Source: the human T2T-CHM13v2.0 reference genome, Homo sapiens
Strand: one strand, 5' to 3'
Assembly: GCF_009914755.1 (NCBI RefSeq)
Contig: NC_060928.1
Length of the DNA stretch: 64,000 nt
A program made the position numbers and the translations under genes. Positions 42,121 through 57,100 of the stretch are shown piece after piece. Below the pieces are notes generated by a model. The model searched no databases. It saw only the letters and a list, made by a program, of their open reading frames with translations, and had not been told where the DNA came from. Position 1 is the stretch's first letter. Each line of letters starts with the position of its first letter.

Positions 42121-45100
42121 TTATGTACAGTTTTTTATAAATATTTGGGTGCTTTCATATTTTATGTACAGTAGATAATACATACTAAGCGCACTTTGAT
42201 ATTTTATGTACAGTATATAATACATACTTTGGTTACTCTGATATTTTATGTACAGTGTATAATACATACTTTGGGTACTTTGATATTTTATGTACAATAT
42301 ATAATACATACGTTGGGAACTTTGATATATTATGTACATTATATAATTCATACTTTGGGTACTTTGATACTTTATGTACAGTATATAATACATAGTTTGT
42401 GTACTTTGATATTTTATGTACAGTATATAATACATACTTTGGGTACTTTGATATTTTATATACAGTATATAATACATACTTTGGGTACTTTCATATTTTA
42501 TGTACAGTATATAATATATAGTTTGGGTACTTTGATATTTTATCTACAGCTTATAATACATACTTTGGGTACTTTGATATTTTATGTACAGTATATAATA
42601 CATACTTTGGGTAGTTTGATATTTTATGTACAGTATACAATATATAGTTTGAGTACTTTGATATTTTATGTGCAGTATAAAATATATAGTTTTGGTACTT
42701 TGATATTTTATGTACAGTTTATAGTTTGAGTACTTTGATATTTTATGTACAGTTTATTATAAATGTTTGGGTACTTTCATATTTGATGTACAGTATATAA
42801 TACATAATTTGGGCACTTTGATATTTTATGTACAGTATATAATACATACTTTGGGTACTTTTCTATTTTATGTACAGTATATAATACATACTTTGTTTAC
42901 TTTGATATTTAATGTACAGTATATAATACACAGTTTGCGTACTTTGATATTTTATGTAAAGCATGTAATACATAATTTGGGCAGTTTGATATTTTATGTA
43001 CAGTATGTAATACACACTTTGGGTACTTTGATATTTTATGTACAGTATGTAAAACATACTTTGGGTAGTTTGATATATTATGTACAGTATATAATGCATA
43101 CTTTGGGTACTCTGATATTTTATGTACAGTGTATAATACGTACTTTGGGTACTTTGATATTTTATGTACAGTATATAATACATACATTGGGTACTTTGAT
43201 ATATTATGTACAGTATATAATACTTACTTGGGGTACTTTGATATTTTATGTACAGTATATAATACATACTTTGTGTACTTTGATATTTTATGTACAGTAT
43301 ATAATACATACTTTGGGTACTTTGTTATTTTATGTACAGTATATAATACATACTTTGGGTATCTTGATATTTTATGTACAGTATATAATGCATACTTTGG
43401 GTACTTTGATATTTTATGTACAGTATATAATGCATACTTTGAGTACTTTGATATTTTATGTACAGTATGTAATACATACTTTGGGTACTTTGATATTTTA
43501 TGTATAGTATATAATACATACTTTGTGTAGTTTGATATTTTATGTACAGTATACAATATATAGTTTGAGTACTTTGATATTTTATGTCCAGTATAAAATG
43601 TATAGTTTTCCTAATTGATATTTTATGTACAGAATATAGTTTGAGTACTTTGATATTTTATGTACACTTTATTATAAATGTTTGGGTACTTTCATATTTT
43701 ATGTACAGTATATAATACATACTTTGGTCTCTTTGATGTTTTATGTACAGTATATAATACATACTTTGGGTTCTTTGATATTTTATGTGCAGAATATAAT
43801 GCATAGTTTTAGGTACTTTTATATTTTATGTACAGTATATAATACATACTTTGGGTACTTTGATATTTTATGTACAGTATATAATACATACTTTGGGAAC
43901 TTTGATATTTTATGTACAGTATGTAATACATACTTTGGGTACTTTGATATTTTATGTACAGTATACAATATATAGTTTGAGTACTTTGATATTTTATGTC
44001 CAGTATAAAATACATAGATTTCATACTTTGATATTTTATGTACAGAATATAGTTTGAGTACTTTGATATTTTATGTACACTTTATCATAAAAGTTTGGGT
44101 ACTTTCATGTTTTACGTACAGTATATAATACATACTTTGGGCACTTTGATGTTTTATGTACAGTATATAATACATACTTTGGGTTCTTTGATATGTTATG
44201 TACAGCATATAATACATAATTTGGGGACTTTTATATTTTATGTACATTATATAATACATACTTTGGGTACTTTTATATTTTATGTACGGTATATAATATA
44301 TACTTTGGGTACTTTGATATATTATGTACAGTATATAATACATACTTTGGGTACTTTGATATATTATGTACAGTATATAATACATACTTAGGGTACTTTG
44401 ACATTTTATGTACAGTACATAATACATACCTTGGGTACTTTGATATTTTATGTACAGTATATAATACATACTTTGGGTACTTTGATATTTTATGTACAGT
44501 ATATAATACATGTTTTGGGTACTTTTATATTTTATGTACAGTATATAATATATAGTTTGGGTACTTTGATATTTTATGTACGGTATATAATACATACTTT
44601 GGGTACTTTGATATTTTATGTTCAGTATATAATACATACTTTGGGTACTTTGATATTTTATGTACAGTATATAATACATACTTTGGGTACTTTGATATTT
44701 AATGTACAGTATATAATACACACTTTGCGTACTTTGATATTTTATGTAAAGTATGTAATACATACTTTGGGTACTTTGATATTTTATGTACAGTATGTAA
44801 TACACGCTTTGGGTACTTTGATATTTTATGTAGAGTATGTAAAACATACTTTGGGTAGTTTGGTATTTTATGATCAGTATATAATACATATTTTGGGTAC
44901 TTTGATATTTTATGTACAGTATATAATACATACTTTGGGTACTTTGATATTTTATGTACAGTATATAATGCATAATTTGGGTACTTCAATAGTTTATGCA
45001 CAGTATATAATACATACTTTGGGTAATTTGATATTTTATGTACAGTATATAATGCATACTTTGGGTACTTTGATAGTTTATGTACAGTATACAATACATA

Positions 45101-48100
45101 CTTTGGGTACTTTGATATTTTATGTACAGTATATAATATGTAGTTTGGGTACTTTGATATTTTAACTACAGTATATAATACATACTTTGGGTACTTGGAT
45201 ATTTTATCTACAGTATATAATAGATACTTTGGGTACTTTGATATATTATGTACAGTATATAATACATAGTTTGGTTACTTTGATATTTTTTGTACAGTAT
45301 GTAAAACATACTTTGGGGAGTTTGATATTTTATGAACAGTATATAATACACATTTTGGGTACTTTGATATTTTATGTACGGTATATAATACATACTTTGG
45401 GTACTTTGATATTTTATGTACAGTATATAATTCATACTTTGGGTACTTTGATATTTTATGTACAGTATATAATACATACATTGGGTACTTCGATATTTTA
45501 TGTGCAGTACCCTATATATAGTTTGGGTACTTTGATATTTTATGTCCAGTATAAAATAAATAGTTTTGGTACTTTGATATTTTATATACAGTATATAGTT
45601 TGAGTACTTTGATATTTAATGTTCAGTTTATTATAAATGTTTGGGTGCTTTCATATTTTATATACAGTATATAATACATACTTTGGGCACTTTGATATTT
45701 TCTGTACACTATATAATACATACTTTGGGTACTTTGATATTTTATGTACGGTATATAATACATACATTGGGTACTTTGATATTTTATGTACAGTATATAA
45801 TATATAGTTTGGTTACTTTGATATTTTATATACAGTATATAATATATATTATGTGTACTTTGATATATTATGTACAGTATATAATATATAGTATGGGTTG
45901 TTTGATATTTTATGTACAGTATATAATATATAGTTTGGGTAGTTTGATATTTTTAGTACAGTATGTAATATATAGTTTGTTTTATTTGATATTTTATGTA
46001 CAGTATACAATATATAGTATTGGTACTTTGATATTTCATGTAAAGTATATAGTTTGAGTACTTTGATATTTTATATGCAGTTTATTATAAATGTTTGGGT
46101 ACCTTCATATTTTATGTACAGTATATAATACATACTTTGGGAACTTTTATTTTATGTGCAGTATATAATACATACTTTGGGTACTTTGATATTTCATGTA
46201 CAGTATATAATACACACTTTGGGTACTTTGATATTTTATGTACAGTATATAATACACACTTTGGGTACTTTGATATTTTATGTACAGTATATAATACATA
46301 CTTTGGGTACTTTGATGTATTATGTACAGTATATAATACATACTTTGGGTACTTTGATATTTTATGTACAGTATATAATACATACTTTGGGTACTTTGAT
46401 ATTTTATGTACAGTATGTAATACACACTTTGGGTACTTTGATATTTTATGTACAGTATGTAAAACATACTTTGGGTAGTTTGATATATTATGTACAGTAT
46501 ATAATACATACTTTGGGTACTCTGATATTTTATGTACAGTGTATAATACATACTTTGGGTACTTTGATATTTTATGTACAGTATATAATACATACTTTGG
46601 GTACTTTGATATTTTATGTACAGTATATAATACTTACTTGGGGTATCTTGATATTTTATGTACAGTATATAATGCATACTTTGAGTACTTTGATATTTTA
46701 TGTACAGTATGTAATACATACTTTGGGTACTTTGATATTTTATGTGTAGTATATAATACATACTTTGTGTAGTTTGATATTTTATGTACAGTATACAATA
46801 TATAGTTAGAGTACTTTGATATTTTATGTCCAGTATAAAATATATAGTTTTCCTAATTGATATTTTATGTACAGAATATAGTATGAGTACTTTGATATTT
46901 TATGTACACTTTATTATAAATGTTTGGGTAATTTCATATTTTATGTACAGTATATAATACATACTTTGGTCTCTTTGATGTTTTATGTACAGTATATAAT
47001 ACATACTTTGGGTTCTTTGATATTTTATGTGCAGAATATAATGCATAGTTTTAGGTACTTTTATATTTTATGTACAGTATATAATACATACTTTGGGTAC
47101 TTTGATATTTTATGTACAGTATATAATACATACTTTGGGTACTTTGATATTTTATGTACAGTATATAATACATATTATTGGTACTTTGATATTTTATGTA
47201 CAGTATACAATATATAGTTTGAGTACTTTGATATTTTATGTCCAGTATAAAATACATAGATTTCATACTTTGATATTTTATGTACAGAATATAGTTTGAG
47301 TACTTTGATATTTTATGTACACTTTATCATAAAAGTTTGGGTACTTTCATATTTTACGTACAGTATATAATACATACTTTGGGCACTTTGATGTTTTATG
47401 TACAGTATATAATACATACTTTGGGTTCTTTGATATGTTATGTACAGCATATAGTACATAATTTGGGGACTTTTATATTTTATGTACATTATATAATACA
47501 TACTTTGGGTACTTTTATATTTTATGTACGGTATATAATACATACTTTGGGTACTTTGATATATTATGTACAGTATATAATACATACTTAGGGTACTTTG
47601 ACATTTTATGTACAGTACATAATACATACTTTGGGTACTTTGATATTTTATGTACAGTATATAATACATACTTTGGGTACTTTGATATTTTATGTACAGT
47701 ATATAATACATCTTTTGGGTACTTTTACATTTTATGTACAGTATATAATATATAGTTTGGGTACTTTGATATTTTATGTACGGTATATAATACATACTTT
47801 GGGTACTTTGATATTTTATGTACAGTATATAATACATACTTTGGGTACTTTGATAATTTATGTACAGTATATAATACATACTTTGGGTACTTTGATATTT
47901 AATGTACAGTATATAATACACACTTTGCGTACTTTGATATTTTATGTAAAGTATGTAATACATACTTTGGGTACTTTGATATTTTATGTACAGTATGTAA
48001 TACACGCTTTGGGTACTTTGATATTTTATGTAGAGTATGTAAAACATACTTTGGGTAGTTTGGTATTTTATGATCAGTATATAATACATATTTTGGGTAC

Positions 48101-51100
48101 TTTGATATTTTATGTACAGTATATAATACATATTATTGGTACTTTGATATTTTATGTACAGTATACAATATATAGTTTGAGTACTTTGATATTTTATGTC
48201 CAGTATAAAATACATAGATTTCATACTTTGATATTTTATGTACAGAATATAGTTTGAGTACTTTGATATTTTATGTACACTTTATCATAAAAGTTTGGGT
48301 ACTTTCATATTTTACGTACAGTATATAATACATACTTTGGGCACTTTGATGTTTTATGTACAGTATATAATACATACTTTGGGTCCTTTGATATGTTATG
48401 TACAGCATATAGTACATAATTTGGGGACTTTTATATTTTATGTACATTATATAATACATACTTTGGGTACTTTTATATTTTATGTACGGTATATAATACA
48501 TACTTTGGGTACTTTGATATATTATGTACAGTATATAATACATACTTTGGGTACTTTGATATATTATGTACAGTATATAATACATACTTAGGGTACTTTG
48601 ACATTTTATGTACAGTACATAATACATACTTTGGGTACTTTGATATTTTATGTACAGTATATAATACATACTTTGGGTACTTTGATATTTTATGTACAGT
48701 ATATAATACATGTTTTGGGTACTTTTACATTTTATGTACAGTATATAATATATAGTTTGGGTACTTTGATATTTTATGTACGGTATATAATACATACTTT
48801 GGGTACTTTGATATTTTATGTACAGTATATAATACATACTTTGGGTACTTTGATATTTTATGTACAGTATATAATACATACTTTGGGTACTTTGATATTT
48901 AATGTACAGTATATAATACACACTTTGCGTACTTTGATATTTTATGTAAAGTATGTAATACATACTTTGGGTACTTTGATATTTTATGTACAGTATGTAA
49001 TACACGCTTTGGGTACTTTGATATTTTATGTAGAGTATGTAAAACATACTTTGGGTAGTTTGGTATTTTATGATCAGTATATAATACATATTTTGGGTAC
49101 TTTGATATTTTATGTACAGTATATAATACCTACTTTGGGTACTTTGATATTTTATGTACAGTATATAATGCATAATTTGGGTACTTCAATAGTATATGCA
49201 CAGTATATAATACATACTTTGGGTAATTTGATATTTTATGTACAGTATATAATGCATACTTTGGGTACTTTGATAGTTTATGTACAGTATACAATACATA
49301 CTTTAGGTACTTTGATATTTTATGTACAGTATATAATATGTAGTTTGGGTACTTTGATATTTTAACTACAGTATATAATACATACTTTGGGTACTTTGAT
49401 ATTTTATCTACAGTATATAATAGATACTTTGGGTACTTTGATATATTATGTACAGTATATAATACATAGTTTGGTTACTTTGATATTTTTTGTACAGTAT
49501 GTAAAACATACTTTGGGGAGTTTGATATTTTATGAACAGTATATAATACACATTTTGGGTACTTTGATATTTTATGTACGGTATATAATACATACTTTGG
49601 GTACTTTGATATTTTATGTACAGTATATAATTCATACTTTGGGTACTTTGATATTTTATGTACAGTATATAATACATACTTTGGGTACTTTGATATTTTA
49701 TGAACAGTATATAATACATACTTTGGGTACTTTGATATTTTATGTACTGTATATAATACATACTTTGGGTACTTTTATATTTTATGTACAGTATATAATA
49801 TATAGTTTGGGTACTTTGATATTTTATGTACGGTATATAATACATACTTTGGGTACTTTGATATTTTATGTATAGTATATAATACATACTAAGCGCACTT
49901 TGATATTTTATGTACAGTATATAATACATACTTTGGTTACTCTGATATTTTATGTACAGTGTATAATACATACTTTGGGTACTTTGATATTTTATGTATA
50001 GTATATAGTTTGAGTACTTTGATATTTTATGTACAGTTTTTTATAAATATTTGGGTGCTTTCATATTTTATGTACAGTATATAATACATACTAAGCGCAC
50101 TTTGATATTTTATGTACAGTATACAATACATACTTTGGTTACTCTGATATTTTATGTACAGTGTATAATACATACTTTGGGTACTTTGATATTTTATGTA
50201 CAATATATAATACATACGTTGGGAACTTTGATATATTATGTACATTATATAATTCATACTTTGGGTACTTTGATATTTTATGTACAGTATATAATACATA
50301 GTTTGTGTACTTTGATATTTTATGTACAGTATATAATACATACTTTGGGTACTTTGATATTTTATATACAGTATATAATACATACTTTGGGTACTTTCAT
50401 ATTTTATGTACAGTATATAATATATAGTTTGGGTACTTTGATATTTTATCTACAGCTTATAATACATACTTTGGGTACTTTGATATTTTATGTACAGTAT
50501 ATAATACATACTTTGGGTAGTTTGATATTTTATGTACAGTATACAATATATAGTTTGAGTACTTTGATATTTTATGTGCAGTATAAAATATATAGTTTTG
50601 GTACTTTGATATTTTATGTACAGTTTATAGTTTGAGTACTTTGATATTTTATGTACAGTTTATTATAAATGTTTGGGTACTTTCATATTTGATGTACAGT
50701 ATTTAATACATAATTTGGGCACTTTGATATTTTATGTACAGTATATAATACATACTTTGGGTACTTTTCTATTTTATGCACAGTATATAATACATACTTT
50801 GTTTACTTTGATATTTAATGTACAGTATATAATACACAGTTTGCGTACTTTGATATTTTATGTAAAGCATGTAATACATAATTTGGGCAGTTTGATATTT
50901 TATGTACAGTATGTAATACACACTTTGGGTACTTTGATATTTTATGTACAGTATGTAAAACATACTTTGGGTAGTTTGATATATTATGTACAGTATATAA
51001 TGCATACTTTGGGTACTCTGATATTTTATGTACAGTGTATAATACGTACTTTGGGTACTTTGATATTTTATGTACAGTATATAATACATACATTGGGTGC

Positions 51101-54100
51101 TTTGATATATTATGTACAGTATATAATACTTACTTGGGGTACTTTGATATTTTATGTACAGTATATAATACATACTTTGTGTACTTTGATATTTTATGTA
51201 CAGTATATAATACATACTTTGGGTACTTTGATATTTTATGTACAGTATATAATACATACTTTGGGTATCTTGATATTTTATGTACAGCATATAATGCATA
51301 CTTTGGGTACTTTGATATTTTATGTACAGTATATAATGCATACTTTGAGTACTTTGATATTTTATGTACAGTATGTAATACATACTTTGGGTACTTTGAT
51401 ATTTTATGTATAGTATATAATACATACTTTGTGTAGTTTGATATTTTATGTACAGTATACAATATATAGTTTGAGTACTTTGATATTTTATGTCCAGTAT
51501 AAAATGTATAGTTTTCCTAATTGATATTTTATGTACAGAATATAGTTTGAGTACTTTGATATTTTATGTACACTTTATTATAAATGTTTGGGTACTTTCA
51601 TATTTTATGTACAGTATATAATACATACTTTGGTCTCTTTGATGTTTTATGTACAGTATATAATACATACTTTGGGTTCTTTGATATTTTATGTACAGAA
51701 TATAATGCATAGTTTTAGGTACTTTTATATTTTATGTACAGTATATAATACATACTTTGGGTACTTTGATATTTTATGTACAGTATATAATACATACTTT
51801 GGGAACTTTGATATTTTATGTACAGTATGTAATACATACTTTGGGTACTTTGATATTTTATGTACAGTATACAATATATAGTTTGAGTACTTTGATATTT
51901 TATGTCCAGTATAAAATACATAGATTTCATACTTTGATATTTTATGTACAGAATATAGTTTGAGTACTTTGATATTTTATGTACACTTTATCATAAAAGT
52001 TTGGGTACTTTCATATTTTACGTACAGTATATAATACATACTTTGGGCACTTTGATGTTTTATGTACAGTATATAATACATACTTTGGGTTCTTTGATAT
52101 GTTATGTACAGCATATAATACATAATTTGGGGACTTTTATATTTTATGTACATTATATAATACATACTTTGGGTACTTTTATATTTTATGTACGGTATAT
52201 AATACATACTTTGGGTACTTTGATATATTATGTACAGTATATAATACATACTTTGGGTACTTTGATATATTATGTACAGTATATAATACATACTTAGGGT
52301 ACTTTGACATTTTATGTACAGTACATAATACATACCTTGGGTACTTTGATATTTTATGTACAGTATATAATACATACTTTGGGTACTTTGATATTTTATG
52401 TACAGTATATAATACATGTTTTGGGTACTTTTATATTTTATGTACAGTATATAATATATAGTTTGGGTACTTTGATATTTTATGTACGGTATATAATACA
52501 TACTTTGGGTACTTTGATATTTTATGTTCAGTATATAATACATACTTTGGGTACTTTGATATTTTATGTACAGTATATAATACATACTTTGGGTACTTTG
52601 ATATTTAATGTACAGTATATAATACACACTTTGCGTACTTTGATATTTTATGTAAAGTATGTAATACATACTTTGGGTACTTTGATATTTTATGTACAGT
52701 ATGTAATACACGCTTTGGGTACTTTGATATTTTATGTAGAGTATGTAAAACATACTTTGGGTAGTTTGGTATTTTATGATCAGTATATAATACATATTTT
52801 GGGTACTTTGATATTTTATGTACAGTATATAATACATACTTTGGGTACTTTGATATTTTATGTACAGTATATAATGCATAATTTGGGTACTTCAATAGTT
52901 TATGCACAGTATATAATACATACTTTGGGTAATTTGATATTTTATGTACAGTATATAATGCATACTTTGGGTACTTTGATAGTTTATGTACAGTATACAA
53001 TACATACTTTGGGTACTTTGATATTTTATGTACAGTATATAATATGTAGTTTGGGTACTTTGATATTTTAACTACAGTATATAATACATACTTTGGGTAC
53101 TTGGATATTTTATCTACAGTATATAATAGATACTTTGGGTACTTTGATATATTATGTACAGTATATAATACATAGTTTGGTTACTTTGATATTTTTTGTA
53201 CAGTATGTAAAATATAGTTTGGGGAGTTTGATATTTTATGAACAGTATATAATACACATTTTGGGTACTTTGATATTTTATGTACGGTATATAATACATA
53301 CTTTGGGTACTTTGATATTTTATGTACAGTATATAATTCATACTTTGGGTACTTTGATATTTTATGTACAGTATATAATACATACATTGGGTACTTCGAT
53401 ATTTTATGTGCAGTACCCTATATATAGTTTGGGTACTTTGATATTTTATGTCCATTATAAAATAAATAGTTTTGGTACTTTGATATTTTATATACAGTAT
53501 ATAGTTTGAGTACTTTGATATTTAATGTTCAGTTTATTATAAATGTTTGGGTGCTTTCATATTTTATATACAGTATATAATACATACTTTGGGCACTTTG
53601 ATATTTTCTGTACACTATATAATACATACTTTGGGTACTTTGATATTTTATGTACGGTATATAATACATACATTGGGTAGTTTGATATTTTATGTACAGT
53701 ATATAATATATAGTTTGGTTACTTTGATATTTTATATACAGTATATAATATATATTATGTGTACTTTGATATATTATGTACAGTATATAATATATAGTAT
53801 GGGTTGTTTAATATTTTATGTACAGTATATAATATATAGTTTGGGTAGTTTGATATTTTTAGTACAGTATGTAATATATAGTTTGTTTTATTTGATATTT
53901 TATGTACAGTATACAATATATAGTATTGGTACTTTGATATTTCATGTAAAGTATATAGTTTGAGTACTTTGATATTTTATATGCAGTTTATTATAAATGT
54001 TTGGGTACCTTCATATTTTATGTACAGTATATAATACATACTTTGGGAACTTTTATTTTATGTGCAGTATATAATACATACTTTGGGTACTTTGATATTT

Positions 54101-57100
54101 CATGTACAGTATATAATACACACTTTGGGTACTTTGATATTTTATGTACAGTATATAATACACACTTTGGGTACTTTGATATTTTATGTACAGTATATAA
54201 TACATACTTTGGGTACTTTGATGTATTATGTACAGTATATAATACATACTTTGGGTACTTTGATATTTTATGTACAGTATATAATACATACTTTGGGTAA
54301 TTTGATATTTTATGTACAGTATGTAATACACACTTTGGGTACTTTGATATTTTATGTACAGTATGTAAAACATACTTTGGGTAGTTTGATATATTATGTA
54401 CAGTATATAATACATACTTTGGGTACTCTGATATTTTATGTACAGTGTATAATACATACTTTGGGTACTTTGATATTTTATGTACAGTATATAATACATA
54501 CTTTGGGTACTTTGATATTTTATGTACAGTATATAATACTTACTTGGGGTATCTTGATATTTTATGTACAGTATATAATGCATATTTTGGGTACTTTGAT
54601 ATTTTATGTACAGTATATAATGCATACTTTGAGTACTTTGATATTTTATGTACAGTATGTAATACATACTTTGGGTACTTTGATATTTTATGTATAGTAT
54701 ATAATACATACTTTGTGTAGTTTGATATTTTATGTACAGTATACAATATATAGTTTGAGTACTTTGATATTTTATGTCCAGTATAAAATATATAGTTTTC
54801 CTAATTGATATTTTATGTACAGAATATAGTTTGAGTACTTTGATATTTTATGTACACTTTATTATAAATGTTTGGGTACTTTCATATTTTATGTACAGTA
54901 TATAATACATACTTTGGTCTCTTTGATGTTTTATGTACAGTATATAATACATACTTTGGGTTCTTTGATATTTTATGTGCAGAATATAATGCATAGTTTT
55001 AGGTACTTTTATATTTTATGTACAGTATATAATACATACTTTGGGTACTTTGATATTTTATGTACAGTATATAATACATACTTTGGGTACTTTGATATTT
55101 TATGTACAGTATATAATACATATTATTGGTACTTTGATATTTTATGTACAGTATACAATATATAGTTTGAGTACTTTGATATTTTATGTCCAGTATAAAA
55201 TACATAGATTTCATACTTTGATATTTTATGTACAGAATATAGTTTGAGTACTTTGATATTTTATGTACACTTTATCATAAAAGTTTGGGTACTTTCATAT
55301 TTTACGTACAGTATATAATACATACTTTGGGCACTTTGATGTTTTATGTACAGTATATAATACATACTTTGGGTTCTTTGATATGTTATGTACAGCATAT
55401 AGTACATAATTTGGGGACTTTTATATTTTATGTACATTATATAATACATACTTTGGGTACTTTTATATTTTATGTACGGTATATAATACATACTTTGGGT
55501 ACTTTGATATATTATGTACAGTATATAATACATACTTTGGGTACTTTGATATATTATGTACAGTATATAATACATACTTAGGGTACTTTGACATTTTATG
55601 TACAGTACATAATACATACTTTGGGTACTTTGATATTTTATGTACAGTATATAATACATACTTTGGGTACTTTGATATTTTATGTACAGTATATAATACA
55701 TGTTTTGGGTACTTTTACATTTTATGTACAGTATATAATATATAGTTTGGGTACTTTGATATTTTATGTACGGTATATAATACATACTTTGGGTACTTTG
55801 ATATTTTATGTACAGTATATAATACATACTTTGGGTACTTTGATAATTTATGTACAGTATATAATACATACTTTGGGTACTTTGATATTTAATGTACAGT
55901 ATATAATACACACTTTGCGTACTTTGATATTTTATGTAAAGTATGTAATACATACTTTGGGTAGTTTGATATTTTATGTATAGTATGTAATACACGCTTT
56001 GGGTACTTTGATATTTTATGTAGAGTATGTAAAACATACTTTGGGTAGTTTGTTATTTTATGATCAGTATATAATACATATTTTGGGTACTTTGATATTT
56101 TATGTACAGTATATAATACATACTTTGGGTAGTTTGATATTTTATGTACAGTATATAATGCATAATTTGGGTACTTCAATAGTTTATGCACAGTATATAA
56201 TACATACTTTGGGTAATTTGATATTTTATGTACAGTATATAATGCATACTTTGGGTACTTTGATAGTTTATGTACAGTATACAATACATACTTTGGGTAC
56301 TTTGATATTTTATGTACAGTATATAATATGTAGTTTGGGTACTTTGATATTTTAACTACAGTATATAATACATACTTTGGGTACTTTGATATTTTATCTA
56401 CAGTATATAATAGATACTTTGGGTACTTTGATATATTATGTACAGTATATAATACATAGTTTGGTTACTTTGATATTTTTTGTACAGTATGTAAAACATA
56501 CTTTGGGGAGTTTGATATTTTATGAACAGTATATAATACACATTTTGGGTACTTTGATATTTTATGTACGGTATATAATACATACTTTGGGTACTTTGAT
56601 ATTTTATGTACAGTATATAATTCATACTTTGGGTACTTTGATATTTTATGTACAGTATATAATACATACATTGGGTACTTCGATATTTTATGTGCAGTAC
56701 CCTATATATAGTTTGGGTACTTTGATATTTTATGTCCAGTATAAAATAAATAGTTTTGGTACTTTGATATTTTATGTACAGTATATAGTTTGAGTACTTT
56801 GATATTTAATGTTCAGTTTATTATAAATGTTTGGGTGCTTTCATATTTTATATACAGTATATAATACATACTTTGGGCACTTTGATATTTTCTGTACAGT
56901 ATATAATACATACTTTGGGTACTTTGATATTTTATGTATGGTATATAATACATACATTGGGTACTTTGATATTTTATGTACAGTATATAATATATAGTTT
57001 GGTTACTTTGATATTTTATATACAGTATATAATATATATTATGTGTACTTTGATATATTATGTACAGTATATAATATATAGTATGGGTTGTTTGATATTT

